64,000 bases of DNA. Source: Octopus vulgaris. Taxonomy: Eukaryota. The DNA is taken from the NCBI GenBank assembly GCA_951406725.2, contig OX597825.1, forward strand, positions 6,696,001 to 6,760,000, in the 5' to 3' direction. How positions within the stretch are numbered: position 1 is the stretch's first letter; the number at the start of each line of letters is the position of its first letter. The notes beneath the pieces are model-generated. The model searched no databases. It had not been told where the DNA came from and saw only the letters and a list, made by a program, of their open reading frames with translations. This document shows positions 63,063-64,000 of this stretch, in pieces. A program made the position numbers and the translations under genes.

Positions 63063-64000
63063 ATGTGTATTATAAGTTCCTTTTTAATAGAACATTAATG
63101 TGTATAATAATGTTCTATTAAAAAGGAGCTTGCAGACTTCTTAGAATTCAATACAAACTAACCTGTCTCAGGTTAATGAAAAGTTGTTTTTCCAGAAACT
63201 ATCTTTCAAATGTAGATTCAGAAGTTCAAACACACACACACAAACACACACACACAAACACACAGATGTATGCAGTCACCTCTTTAGAAGTGAATCAAGA
63301 TTTAAAACTGAATTAACTTGGCAAAGTGTCAAACAAGTGTGGTGCCTCTATGTAATTGTTTGGCTTGCTAGAAATAGCAACCAAATTTCACATCATATTC
63401 TAATGTTTCTACAAAAGGGAAGGATATATTAGATAAAGTATTCTGGGTCAAAGTATGTCTGTGTCTGCGAAGATCTAGAATTGTTATAACCAGAATATCT
63501 GATCAAAAGTGTGCTTCATTGGTTGGGAGGGTGGGTGACAGTTAAACAACAACAACAAAGGTGAAAAACAGACAAGAATCTCTTATTATCGAAACCCCAC
63601 AATTACCAAAGAATTTCAAGAGTTCCTGGAAAACGTTTACTTATTTCAGTAAAAAAGACTGATTTCACAGAGAAGAAATGTTAAATTCCATATTTATTCA
63701 AGACAGTAACCTTCTGGGTGAGTGGAACTATAGAATTACACATTTAGCTTTGACTTTATTTCAAGGATATTTATCTAAAGATAATCAGGAAATATAAACC
63801 AGAGAGAAACATCAAAGTTGAATTCAAATAACAGATTTTAAGCCAAATATTATATGAAAGAGTATGGAACTTATGTTTAGCAAATTTCCTCAGAAAACTT
63901 CTGCTAAGTAGAACCATTTCCTTGAAAAAGAACTTCATATGTAGTTAACCTGATTGTCTTCGTAATGTTACTTCTATCTTTTAATTGGAAATACTATCAT

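Overview
This is AT-rich, microsatellite-dense eukaryotic DNA whose repeat families look like those of a cephalopod (Octopus-like); the organism is inferred from recognition, not from a search. The window appears to be almost entirely intronic sequence of a minus-strand immunoglobulin-superfamily gene (Dpr/zig-8-like). Only two clear coding exons are visible, each a complete phase 1-1 Ig domain (44491-44790 and 3807-4097), separated by about 40.4 kb. The rest is tRNA-derived SINEs, RTE- and CR1-like LINE 3' ends, a decayed mariner transposase, TTAA-flanked piggyBac-like MITEs, Helitron/Helentron-like elements and simple repeats. Two signals stand out. First, several repeat families carry minimal hammerhead-ribozyme motifs in Penelope-like inverted repeats, including a chimera with a tRNA-like (Pol III) head, a hammerhead and an inverted tail, present in three copies. 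Second, there are candidate frame-preserving microexons (3-nt AAG and TGT, plus weaker 6-27 nt ones) in the Ig linker introns. Nearly all ORFs in the supplied track are artefacts of repeats. Repeat boundaries are approximate (about +/-10-20 bp).
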